Assembly: GCA_964016885.1 (NCBI GenBank)
Contig: OZ024743.1
Span: forward strand, 131,998,001 to 132,062,000
Source of the DNA: Eledone cirrhosa
Taxonomy: Eukaryota
Length of the DNA: 64,000 nt
Reading direction: 5' to 3'
Part shown: piece by piece, positions 1-11,100 of the stretch
How the letters are laid out: the number at the start of each line of letters is the position of its first letter
How positions within the stretch are numbered: the first letter of the stretch is position 1
Notes under the pieces: generated by a model
The model's database searches: none
The model's input: only the letters and a program-made list of their open reading frames with translations
Told to the model about the DNA's origin: nothing
Translations under genes and position numbers: made by a program

Positions 1-1723
1 TGTTTGCTGCTTGGTACTTGGTGCATGGTGTTTGGTGCTGGGTGCTTGGTGTTTGGTGCTTGGTGTTTGGTGCTTGGTGCTTGGTGTTTGGTGTTTGGTG
101 TTTGATGCTTGGTGTTTTATGCTTGGTGCTTGGTGTTTGGTGCTTGGTGTTTGTACTTGGTGCTTGGTGCTTGGTGTTTTGTGCTTGGTTCTTGGTGTTT
201 GGTGTTTGGTGCTTGGTACTTGGTGCTTGGTGTTAGGTGTTTGGTGCTTGGTGCTTGGTGTTTGGTGTTTGGTCCTTGGTGCTTGGTGCTTGGTGTTTAG
301 TGCTTGGTGCTTGGTGTTTGTTGTTTGGTGCTTTCTGCTTGCTGCTTGGTGTTTGCTGCTTGGTGCTTGGTGCTTGGTGTTTGGTGTTTGGTGCTAGGTG
401 CTTGGTGTTTGGTGTTTGGTGTTTGATGCTTGGTGTTTGGTGCTTGGTGTTTGATGCTTGGTGCTTGGGGCTTGGTGTTTGGTGCTTGGTGCTTGGTGCT
501 TGGTGTTTGGTGCTTGGTGTTTGGTGTTTGGTGTTTGATGCTTGGTGTTTGGTGCTTGGTGTTTGGTGCTTGGTGCTTGGGGCTTGGTGTTTGGTGTTTG
601 GTGCTTGGTGCTTGGTGTTTGGTGCTTGGTGCTTGGTGCTGGGTGGTTGGTATTTGGTGCTTGGTGCTTGGTGTTTGGTGCTTGGTGCTTGGTGCTTGGT
701 GTTTGGTGCTTGGTGCTTTGTGTTTGGTGCTTGGTGATTAGTGTTTGGTGCTTGGTGCTTGGGGTTTGGTGTTTGGTGCTTGGTACTTGGTGTTTGGCGC
801 TTGGTGTTTGGTGTTTGCTGTTTGGTGTTTGGTGTTTGGTGTTTGCTGTATGGTGTTTGCTGTTTCGTGTTTGGTGTTTGCTGTTTGGTGTTTGGTGTTT
901 GCTGTTTGGTGTTTGGTCTTTGGTGCTTGGTGTTTGGTGCTTGGTGCTTGGTGTTTGGTGTTTGGTGCTTGGTGTTTGGTGTTTGGTGCTTGGTGCTTGG
1001 TGCTTGGTGTTTGGTGTTTGGTGTTTGGTGCTTGGTGTCTGGTGCTTGGTGTTTGGTGTTTGGTGTTTGGTGCTTGGTGTTTGGTGTTTGGTGTTTGGTG
1101 TTTGGTGCTTGTTGCTTGGTACTTGGTGCTTGGTGTTTGGTGCTTGGTGCTTGGTGTTTGGTGCTGGGTGCTTGGTGTTTGGTGCTTGGTTCTTGGTGCT
1201 TGGTGTTTGGTGTTTGGTGCTTGGTGCTTGGTGCTTGGTGTTTGGTGTTTGGTGCTTGGTGTTTTATGCTTGGTGTTTGATATTTGGTGCTTGGTGCTTG
1301 GTGTTTGGTGCTTGGTGCTTGGTGTTTGTACTTGGTGCTTGGTGCTTGGTTCTTGGTGTTTGGTGCTTGGTGCTTGGTGCTTGGTGCTTGGTGTTTGGTG
1401 CTTGGTGTTTGGTGCTTGGTGTTTGGTGCTTGGTGCCTGGTGCTTGGTGCTTGGTGTTTGGTGCTTGGTGTTTGGTGCTTGGTATTAGGTGTTTGGTGCT
1501 TGGTGCTTGGTGTTTGGTGTTTGGTGCTTGGTGTTTGGTGCTTGGTGCTTGGTGTTTGGTGTTTGGTGCTTGGTGTTTGGTGCTTGGTACTTGGTGCTTG
1601 GTGCTTGGTGTTAGGTGTTTGGTGCTTGGTGCTTGGTGTTTGGTTTTTGGTGCTTGGTGCTTGGTGTTTGGTGTTTGGTGCTTGCTGCTGGCTGCTTGGT
1701 GTTTGGTGCTTGGTGATTGGTGC

Positions 1724-4700
1724 TTGGTGTTTGGTGCTTGGTGTTTGGTGTTTGGTACTAGGTGCTTGGTGCTTGGTGTTTGGTGCTTGGTGCTTGGTGT
1801 TTGGTGTTTGGTGCTTGGTGCTTGGTGTTTGGTGCTTGGTGCTGGGTGCTGGGTGGTTCGTGTTTGGTGTTTGGTGTTTGGTGCTGGGTGCTTTGTGTTT
1901 GGTGCTTGGTGCTTGGTCTTTGGTGTTTGGTGTTTGGTGTTTGGTGCTTGGTGCTTGGTGCTTGGTGTTTGGTGCTTGGTGCTTGGTGTTTGGTGCTTGG
2001 TGCTTAGTGTTTGGTGCTAGGTGCTTGGGGTTTGGTGTTTGGTGCTTGGTGCTTGGTGTTTGGTGCTTGGTGCTTGGTGTTTGGTGTTTGGTGCTTGGTG
2101 CTTGGTGTTTGGTGTTTGGTGTTTGCTGTTTGGTGTTTGGTGTTTGGTGTTTGCTGTTTGGTGTCTGCTTTTTGGTGTTTGGTGTTGGCTGTATGTTATT
2201 TGCTGTTTGGTGTTTGGTGTTTGGTGTTTGGTGCTTGGTGCTTGGTGTTTGGTGTTTGGTGCTTGGTGCTTGGAGTTTGGTGTTTGGTGCTTGGTGCTTG
2301 GTGTTTTGTGTTTGGTGTTTGGTTTTTGGTGCTTGGTGCTTGGTGCTTGTTGCTTGGTCCTTGGTGTTTGGTGCTTGGTGCTTGGTGTTTGTACTTGGTG
2401 CTTGGTGCTTGGTGTTTGGTTCTTGTTCTTGGTGTTTGGTACTTGGTGATTGGTGCTTGGTGCTTGGTGTTTGGTGTTTGGTGCTTGGTGTTTGGTGCTT
2501 GGTGCTTGGTGCTTGGTGTTAGGTGTTTGGTGCTTGGTGCTTGGTGTTTGGTGCTTGGTGTTTGGTGTTTGCTGTTTGGTGTTTGGTGTTTGGTGTTTGG
2601 TGTTTGCTGTTTGGTGTCTGCTTTTTGGTGTTTGGTGTTTGCTGTATGGTGTTTGCTGTTTCGTGTTTGGTGTTTGCTGTTTGGTGTTTGGTGTTTGCTG
2701 TTTGGTGTTTGGTCTTTGGTGCTTGGTGTTTGGTGATTGGTGCTTGGTGTTTGGTGTTTGGTGCTTGGTGCTTGGTGCTTCGTGTTTGGTGTTTGGTGCT
2801 TGGTGTCTGGAGCTTGGTGTTTGGTGTTTGGTGCTTGGTGTTTGGTGTTTGGTGCTTGGTGCTTGGTGTTTGGTGCTTGGTTCTTGGTGTTTGGTGCTTG
2901 GTGTTTGGTGCTTGGTGCTTGGTGTTTGGTGCTTGGTGCTTGGTGTTTGGTGTTTGGTGCTTGGTGCTTGGTGCTTGGTGTTTGATGTTTGGTGCTTGGT
3001 GCTTGGTGTTTGGTGTTTGGTTCTTGGTGCTTGGTATTTGGTGCTTGGTGCTTGCTGCTTGGTGTTTGGTGCTTGGTGATTGATGCTTGGTGTTTGATGC
3101 TTGGTGCTTGGTGTTTGGTTTTTGGTGCTAGGTGCTTGGTGCTTGGTGTTTGGTGCTTGGTGTTTGGTGTTTGCTGCTTGGTGCTTGGGGCTTGGTGTTT
3201 GGTACTTGGTGCTTGGTGCTTGGTGTTTGGTGCTTGGTGCTTGGTGTATGGTGTTTGGTGTTTGGTGCTTGGTGTTTGGTGTTTGGTGCTTGGTGCTTGG
3301 TGTTTGTTGCTTGGTACTTGGTTCATGGTGTTTGGTGCTGGGTGCTTGGTGTTTGGTGCTTGGTGCTTGGTGTTTGGTGTTTGGTGCTTGGTGTTTGGTG
3401 TTTGGTACTAGGTGCTTGGTGCTTGGTGTTTGGTGCTTGGTGCTTGGTGTTTGGTGTTTGGTGCTTGGTGCTTGGTGTTTGGTGCTTGGTGCTGGGTGCT
3501 GGGTGGTTGGTGTTTGGTGTTTGGTGTTTGGTGCTGGGTGCTTGGTGTTTGGTGCTTGGTGCTTGGTCTTTGGTGTTTGGTGTTTGGTGTTTGGTGCTTG
3601 GTGCTTGGTGCTTGGTGTTTGGTGCTTGGTGCTTGGTGTTTGGTGCTTGGTGCTTAGTGTTTGGTGCTAGGTGCTTGGGGTTTGGTGTTTGGTGCTTGGT
3701 GCTTGGTGTTTGGTGCTTGGTGCTTGGTGTTTGGTGTTTGGTGCTTGGTGCTTGGTGTTTGGTGTTTGGTGTTTGCTGTTTGGTGTTTGGTGTTTGGTGT
3801 TTGCTGTTTGGTGTCTGCTTTTTGGTGTTTGGTGTTGGCTGTATGTTATTTGCTGTTTGGTGTTTGGTGTTTGGTGTTTGGTGCTTGGTGCTTGGTGTTT
3901 GGTGTTTGGTGCTTGGTGCTTGGAGTTTGGTGTTTGGTGCTTGGTGCTTGGTGTTTTGTGTTTGGTGTTTGGTTTTTGGTGCTTGGTGCTTGGTGCTTGT
4001 TGCTTGGTCCTTGGTGTTTGGTGCTTGGTGCTTGGTGTTTGTACTTGGTGCTTGGTGCTTGGTGTTTGGTTCTTGTTCTTGGTGTTTGGTACTTGGTGAT
4101 TGGTGCTTGGTGCTTGGTGTTTGGTGTTTGGTGCTTGGTGTTTGGTGCTTGGTGCTTGGTGCTTGGTGTTAGGTGTTTGGTGCTTGGTGCTTGGTGTTTG
4201 GTGCTTGGTGTTTGGTGTTTGCTGTTTGGTGTTTGGTGTTTGGTGTTTGGTGTTTGCTGTTTGGTGTCTGCTTTTTGGTGTTTGGTGTTTGCTGTATGGT
4301 GTTTGCTGTTTCGTGTTTGGTGTTTGCTGTTTGGTGTTTGGTGTTTGCTGTTTGGTGTTTGGTCTTTGGTGCTTGGTGTTTGGTGATTGGTGCTTGGTGT
4401 TTGGTGTTTGGTGCTTGGTGCTTGGTGCTTCGTGTTTGGTGTTTGGTGCTTGGTGTCTGGAGCTTGGTGTTTGGTGTTTGGTGCTTGGTGTTTGGTGTTT
4501 GGTGCTTGGTGTTTGGTCTTTGGTGCTTGGTTCTTGGTGTTTGGTGCTTGGTGTTTGGTGCTTGGTGCTTGGTGTTTGGTGCTTGGTGCTTGGTGTTTGG
4601 TGTTTGGTGCTTGGTGCTTGGTGCTTGGTGTTTGATGTTTGGTGCTTGGTGCTTGGTGTCTGGTGTTTGGTTCTTGGTGCTTGGTATTTGGTGCTTGGTG

Positions 4701-5056
4701 CTTGCTGCTTGGTGTTTGGTGCTTGGTGATTGATGCTTGGTGTTTGATGCTTGGTGCTTGGTGTTTGGTTTTTGGTGCTAGGTGCTTGGTGCTTGGTGTT
4801 TGGTGCTTGGTGTTTGGTGTTTGCTGCTTGGTGCTTGGGGCTTGGTGTTTGGTACTTGGTGCTTGGTGCTTGGTGTTTGGTGCTTGGTGCTTGGTGTATG
4901 GTGTTTGGTGTTTGGTGCTTGGTGTTTGGTGTTTGGTGCTTGGTGCTTGGTGTTTGTTGCTTGGTACTTGGTTCATGGTGTTTGGTGCTGGGTGCTTGGT
5001 GTTTGGTGCTTGGTGCTTGGTGTTTGGTGTTTGGTGCTTGGTGTTTGGTGTTTGGT
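1724..5056. repeat. Tandem duplication, period 1650 bp, 2 near-identical copies
   Basis: ORF pairs at exactly +1650: 1762/3412, 2011/3661, 2196/3846, 2450/4100, 2989/4639. Only a handful of visible differences (e.g. 1859, 1894, 2862, 2868, 3010). Confidence 0.93.
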
Positions 5057-5140
5057 GCTTGGTGCTTGGTGTTTGTTGCTTGGTACTTGGTGCATGGTGT
5101 TTGGTGCTGGGTGCTTGGTGTTTGGTGCTTGGTGTTTGGT
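4940..5140. repeat. 119-bp (17-unit) sub-duplication of the TTGTTGC-TTGGTAC-...CATGG-...TGGG motif, re-copied in many HORs
   Basis: CAT ends at 4976 and 5095. The same 119-bp spacing appears in minus-strand ORF starts at 32715/32834, 37450/37569 and 53014/53133, and also near 10770, 16529, 22228 and 26997. Confidence 0.82.
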
Positions 5141-8100
5141 GCTTGGTGCTTGGTGTTTGGTGTTTGGTGTTTGATGCTTGGTGTTTGATGCTTGGTGCTT
5201 GGTGCTTGGTGTTTGGTGCTTGGTGTTTGTACTTGGTGCTTGGTGTTTTGTGCTTGGTTCTTTGTGTTTGGTGTTTGGTGCTTGGTGCTTGGTGCTTGGT
5301 GTTAGGTGTTTGGAGCTTGGTGCTTGGTGTTTGGTGTTTGGTCCTTGGTGCTTGGTGTTTAGTGCTTGGTGCTTGGTGTTTGTTGTTTGGTGCTTTCTGC
5401 TTGCTGCTTGGCGTTTGGTGCTTGGTGCTCGGTGCTTGGTGTTTGGTGTTTGGTGCTAGGTGCTTGGTGTTTGGTGTTTGGTGTTTGATGCTTGGTGTTT
5501 GGTGCTTGGTGTTTGGTGTTTTGTGCTTGGTGCTTGCGGCTTGGTGTTTAGTGCTTGGTGCTTGATGCTTGGTGTTTGGTGTTTGTTGTTTGGTGTTTGC
5601 TGTTTGGTGTTTGGTATTTGGTGTTTGCTGTTGGGTGTCTGCTTTTTGGTGTTTGGTGTTTGCTGTATGTTGTTTGCTGTTTGGTGTTTGGTGTTTGGTG
5701 TTTGGTGTTTGGTGCTTGGTGCTTGGTGTTTGGTGCTTGGTGCTTGGTGTTTGGTGCCTGGTGCTTGGTACTTGGTGTTTGGTGTTTGGTGCTTGGTGCT
5801 TGGTGCTTGGAGTTTGGTGTTTGGTGCTTGGTGCTTGGTGTTTTGTGTTTGGTGTTTGGTTTTTGGTGCTTGGTGCTTGGTGCTTGGTACTTAGTCCTTG
5901 GTGTTTGGTGCTTGGTGCTTGGTGTTTGTAATTGGTGCTTGGTGCTTGGTGTTTGGTTCTTGGTTCTTGGTGTTTGGTACTTGGTGCTTGGTGCTTGGTG
6001 CTTGGTGTTTGGTGTTTGGTGCTTGGTGTTTGGTGCTTGGTGCTTGGTGCTTGGTGCTTGGTGTTAGGTGTTTGGTGCTTGGTGCTTGGTGTTTGGTGCT
6101 TGGTGTTTGCTGTTTGGTGTCTGCTTTTTGGTGTTTGGTGTTTGCTGTATGGTGTTTGCTGTTTGGTGTTTGGTGCTTCGTGTTTGGTGTTTGGTCTTTG
6201 GTGATTGGTGTCTGGTGCTTGATGTTTGGTGTTTGGTGTTTGGTGCTTGGTGCTTGGTGTTTGGTGCTTGGTGCTTGGTGTTTGTACTTGGTGCTTGGTG
6301 CTTGGTGTTTGGTGCTTGGTTCTTGGTGTTTGGTGCTTGGTGTTTGGTGCTTGGTGCTTGGTGTTTGGTGCTTGGTGCTTGGTGTTTGGTGTTTGGTGCT
6401 TGGTGCTTGGTGCTTGGTGTTAGGTGTTTGGTGCTTGGTGCTTGGTGTTTAGTGTTTGGTTCTTGGTGCTTGGTATTTGGTGCTTGGTGCTTGCTGCTTG
6501 GTGTTTGGTGCTTGGTGATTGATGCTTGGTGTTTGGTGCTTGGTGCCCAGTGTTTGGTTTTTGGTGCTAGGTGCTTGGTGCATGGTGTTTGGTGCTTGGT
6601 GTTTGGTGTTTGGTGGTTGGTGCTTGGGGATTGGTGTTTGGTACTTGGTGCTTGGTGCTTGGTGTTTGGTGCTTGGTGCTTGGTGTTTGGTGTTTGGTGC
6701 TTGGTGCTTGGTATTTGGTGCTTGGTGCTTGGTGTTTGGTGTTTGGTGCTTGGTGCTTGGTGTTTGGTGCTTGGTGCTTGGTGCTTGTTGTTTGGTGATT
6801 GGTGCTTGGTGCTTGGTGTTTGGTGTTTGGTGCTTGGGGCTTGGTGTTTGGTGCTGCGTGCTTGGTGCTTGGTGCTTGGTGCTTGGTGCTTGGTGTTTGA
6901 TGCTTGGTGTTTGATGCTTTGTGTTTGGTGTTTGGTGTTTGGTGCTTGGTGTTTGGTGTTTGATGCTTGGTGCTTGATGCTTGGTGCTTGGTGCTTGGTG
7001 TTTGGTGCTTGGTGCTTGGTGTTTGGTGTTTGGTGCTTGGTGCTTGGTGTTTGGTGCTTGGTGCTTGGTGCTTGTTGTTTGATGATTGGTACTTGGTGCT
7101 TGGTGTTTGGTGTTTGGTGCTTGGGGCTTGGTGTTTGGTGCTGCGTGCTTGGTGCTTGGTGCTTGGTGCTTGGTGTTTTGTGTTTGGTGTTTGATGCTTG
7201 GTGCTTGGTGTTTGGTGTTTGGTGCTTGGTGTTTGGTGTTTGCTGTTTGCTGTTTGCTGTTTCGTGTTTGCTGTTTGGTGTTTGGTGTTTGGTGTTTGCT
7301 GTTTGGTGTTTGCTGTTTGGTGTTTGGTGCTTGCTGTTTGGTGCTTGGTGTTTTGTGCTTGGTGCTTGGTGTTTGGTGTTTTGTGTTTGGTGCTTGGTGC
7401 TTGGGGCTTGATTTGGTGCTTGGTGCTTGGTGCTTGGTGTTTGGTGTTTGGTGCTTGGTGTTTGGTGCTTGGTGCTTGGTGCTGGGTGTTTGGTGCTTGG
7501 TGTTTGGTGCATGGTGCTTGGTGCTTGTTGTTTGTCGCTTGTTGCTTGGTGCTTGGTGTTTGGTGCTTGGTGCTTGGTGTTTGGTGTTTGGTGCTTGGTG
7601 CTTGGTGTTTGGTGTTTGGTGCTTGGTGTTTGGTGTTTGGTGCTTTGTGCTTGGTGTTTGCTGCTTGGTACTTGGTGCATGGTGTTTGGTGCTGGGTGCT
7701 TGGTGTTTGGTGCTTGGTGTTTGGTGCTTGGTGCTTGGTGTTTGGTGTTTGGTGTTTGATGCTTGGTGTTTTATGCTTGGTGCTTGGTGTTTGGTGCTTG
7801 GTGTTTGTACTTGGTGCTTGGTGCTTGGTGTTTTGTGCTTGGTTCTTGGTGTTTGGTGTTTGGTGCTTGGTACTTGGTGCTTGGTGTTAGGTGTTTGGTG
7901 CTTGGTGCTTGGTGTTTGGTGTTTGGTCCTTGGTGCTTGGTGCTTGGTGTTTAGTGCTTGGTGCTTGGTGTTTGTTGTTTGGTGCTTTCTGCTTGCTGCT
8001 TGGTGTTTGCTGCTTGGTGCTTGGTGCTTGGTGTTTGGTGTTTGGTGCTAGGTGCTTGGTGTTTGGTGTTTGGTGTTTGATGCTTGGTGTTTGGTGCTTG

Positions 8101-11100
8101 GTGTTTGGTGCTTGGTGCTTGGGGCTTGGTGTTTGGTGCTTGGTGCTTGGTGCTTGGTGTTTGGTGCTTGGTGTTTGGTGTTTGGTGTTTGATGCTTGGT
8201 GTTTGGTGCTTGGTGTTTGGTGCTTGGTGCTTGGGGCTTGGTGTTTGGTGTATGGTGCTTGGTGCTTGGTGTTTGGTGCTTGGTGCTTGGTGCTGGGTGG
8301 TTGGTGTTTGGTGCTTGGTGCTTGGTGTTTGGTGCTTGGTGCTTGGTGCTTGGTGTTTGGTGCTTGGTGCTTTGTGTTTGGTGCTTGGTGATTAGTGTTT
8401 GGTGCTTGGTGCTTGGGGTTTGGTGTTTGGTGCTTGGTACTTGGTGTTTGGCGCTTGGAGTTTGGTGTTTGCTGTTTGGTGTTTGGTGTTTGGTGTTTGC
8501 TGTATGGTGTTTGCTGTTTCGTGTTTGGTGTTTGCTGTTTGGTGTTTGGTGTTTGCTGTTTGGTGTTTGGTCTTTGGTGCTTGGTGTTTGGTGCTTGGTG
8601 CTTGGTGTTTGGTGTTTGGTGCTTGGTGTTTGGTGTTTGGTGCTTGGTGCTTGGTGCTTGGTGTTTGGTGTTTGGTGTTTGGTGCTTGGTGTCTGGTGCT
8701 TGGTGTTTGGTGTTTGGTGTTTGGTGCTTGGTGTTTGGTGTTTGGTGTTTGGTGTTTGGTGCTTGTTGCTTGGTACTTGGTGCTTGGTGTTTGGTGCTTG
8801 GTGCTTGGTGTTTGGTGCTGGGTGCTTGGTGTTTGGTGCTTGGTTCTTGGTGCTTGGTGTTTGGTGTTTGGTGCTTGGTGCTTGGTGCTTGGTGTTTGGT
8901 GTTTGGTGCTTGGTGTTTTATGCTTGGTGTTTGATATTTGGTGCTTGGTGCTTGGTGTTTGGTGCTTGGTGCTTGGTGTTTGTATTTGGTGCTTGGTGCT
9001 TGGTTCTTGGTGTTTGGTGCTTGGTGCTTGGTGCTTGGTGCTTGGTGTTTGGTGCTTGGTGTTTGGTGCCTCGTGCTTGGTGCTTGGTGTTTGGTGCTTG
9101 GTGTTTGGTGCTTGGTATTAGGTGTTTGGTGCTTGGTGCTTGGTGTTTGGTGTTTGGTGCTTGGTGTTTGGTGCTTGGTGCTTGGTGTTTGGTGTTTGGT
9201 GCTTGGTGTTTGGTGCTTGGTACTTGGTGCTTGGTGCTTGGTGTTAGGTGTTTGGTGCTTGGTGCTTGGTGTTTGGTTTTTGGTGCTTGGTGCTTGGTGT
9301 TTGGTGTTTGGTGCTTGCTGCTGGCTGCTTGGTGTTTGGTGCTTGGTGATTGGTGCTTGGTGTTTGGTGCTTGGTGTTTGGTGTTTGGTACTAGGTGCTT
9401 GGTGCTTGGTGTTTGGTGCTTGGTGCTTGGTGTTTGGTGTTTGGTGCTTGGTGCTTGGTGTTTGGTGCTTGGTGCTGGGTGCTGGGTGGTTGGTGTTTGG
9501 TGTTTGGTGTTTGGTGCTGGGTGCTTGGTGTTTGGTGCTTGGTGCTTGGTCTTTGGTGTTTGGTGTTTGGTGTTTGGTGCTTGGTGCTTGGTGCTTGGTG
9601 TTTGGTGCTTGGTGCTTGGTGTTTGGTGCTTGGTGCTTAGTGTTTGGTGCTAGGTGCTTGGGGTTTGGTGTTTGGTGCTTGGTGCTTGGTGTTTGGTGCT
9701 TGGTGCTTGGTGTTTGGTGTTTGGTGCTTGGTGCTTGGTGTTTGGTGTTTGGTGTTTGCTGTTTGGTGTTTGGTGTTTGGTGTTTGCTGTTTGGTGTCTG
9801 CTTTTTGGTGTTTGGTGTTGGCTGTATGTTATTTGCTGTTTGGTGTTTGGTGTTTGGTGTTTGGTGCTTGGTGCTTGGTGTTTGGTGTTTGGTGCTTGGT
9901 GCTTGGAGTTTGGTGTTTGGTGCTTGGTGCTTGGTGTTTTGTGTTTGGTGTTTGGTTTTTGGTGCTTGGTGCTTGGTGCTTGTTGCTTGGTCCTTGGTGT
10001 TTGGTGCTTGGTGCTTGGTGTTTGTACTTGGTGCTTGGTGCTTGGTGTTTGGTTCTTGTTCTTGGTGTTTGGTACTTGGTGCTTGGTGCTTGGTGCTTGG
10101 TGTTTGGTGTTTGGTGCTTGGTGTTTGGTGCTTGGTGCTTGGTGCTTGGTGTTAGGTGTTTGGTGCTTGGTGCTTGGTGTTTGGTGCTTGGTGTTTGGTG
10201 TTTGCTGTTTGGTGTTTGGTGTTTGGTGTTTGGTGTTTGCTGTTTGGTGTCTGCTTTTTGGTGTTTGGTGTTTGCTGTATGGTGTTTGCTGTTTCGTGTT
10301 TGGTGTTTGCTGTTTGGTGTTTGGTGTTTGCTGTTTGGTGTTTGGTCTTTGGTGCTTGGTTCTTGGTGTTTGGTGCTTGGTGTTTGGTGCTTGGTGCTTG
10401 GTGTTTGGTGCTTGGTGCTTGGTGTTTGGTGTTTGGTGCTTGGTGCTTGGTGCTTGGTGTTTGATGTTTGGTGCTTGGTGCTTGGTGTTTGGTGTTTGGT
10501 TCTTGGTGCTTGGTATTTGGTGCTTGGTGCTTGCTGCTTGGTGTTTGGTGCTTGGTGATTGATGCTTGGTGTTTGATGCTTGGTGCTTGGTGTTTGGTGC
10601 TTGGTGTTTGGTGTTTGCTGCTTGGTGCTTGGGGCTTGGTGTTTGGTACTTGGTGCTTGGTGCTTGGTGTTTGGTGCTTGGTGCTTGGTGTATGGTGTTT
10701 GGTGTTTGGTGCTTGGTGTTTGGTGTTTGGTGCTTGGTGCTTGGTGTTTGTTGCTTGGTACTTGGTTCATGGTGTTTGGTGCTGGGTGCTTGGTGTTTGG
10801 TGCTTGGTGCTTGGTGTTTGGTGTTTGGTGCTTGGTGTTTGGTGTTTGGTGCTTGGTGCTTGGTGTTTGTTGCTTGGTACTTGGTGCATGGTGTTTGGTG
10901 CTGGGTGCTTGGTGTTTGGTGCTTGGTGTTTGGTGCTTGGTGCTTGGTGTTTGGTGTTTGGTGTTTGATGCTTGGTGTTTGATGCTTGGTGCTTGGTGCT
11001 TGGTGTTTGGTGCTTGGTGTTTGTACTTGGTGCTTGGTGTTTTGTGCTTGGTTCTTTGTGTTTGGTGTTTGGTGCTTGGTGCTTGGTGCTTGGTGTTAGG

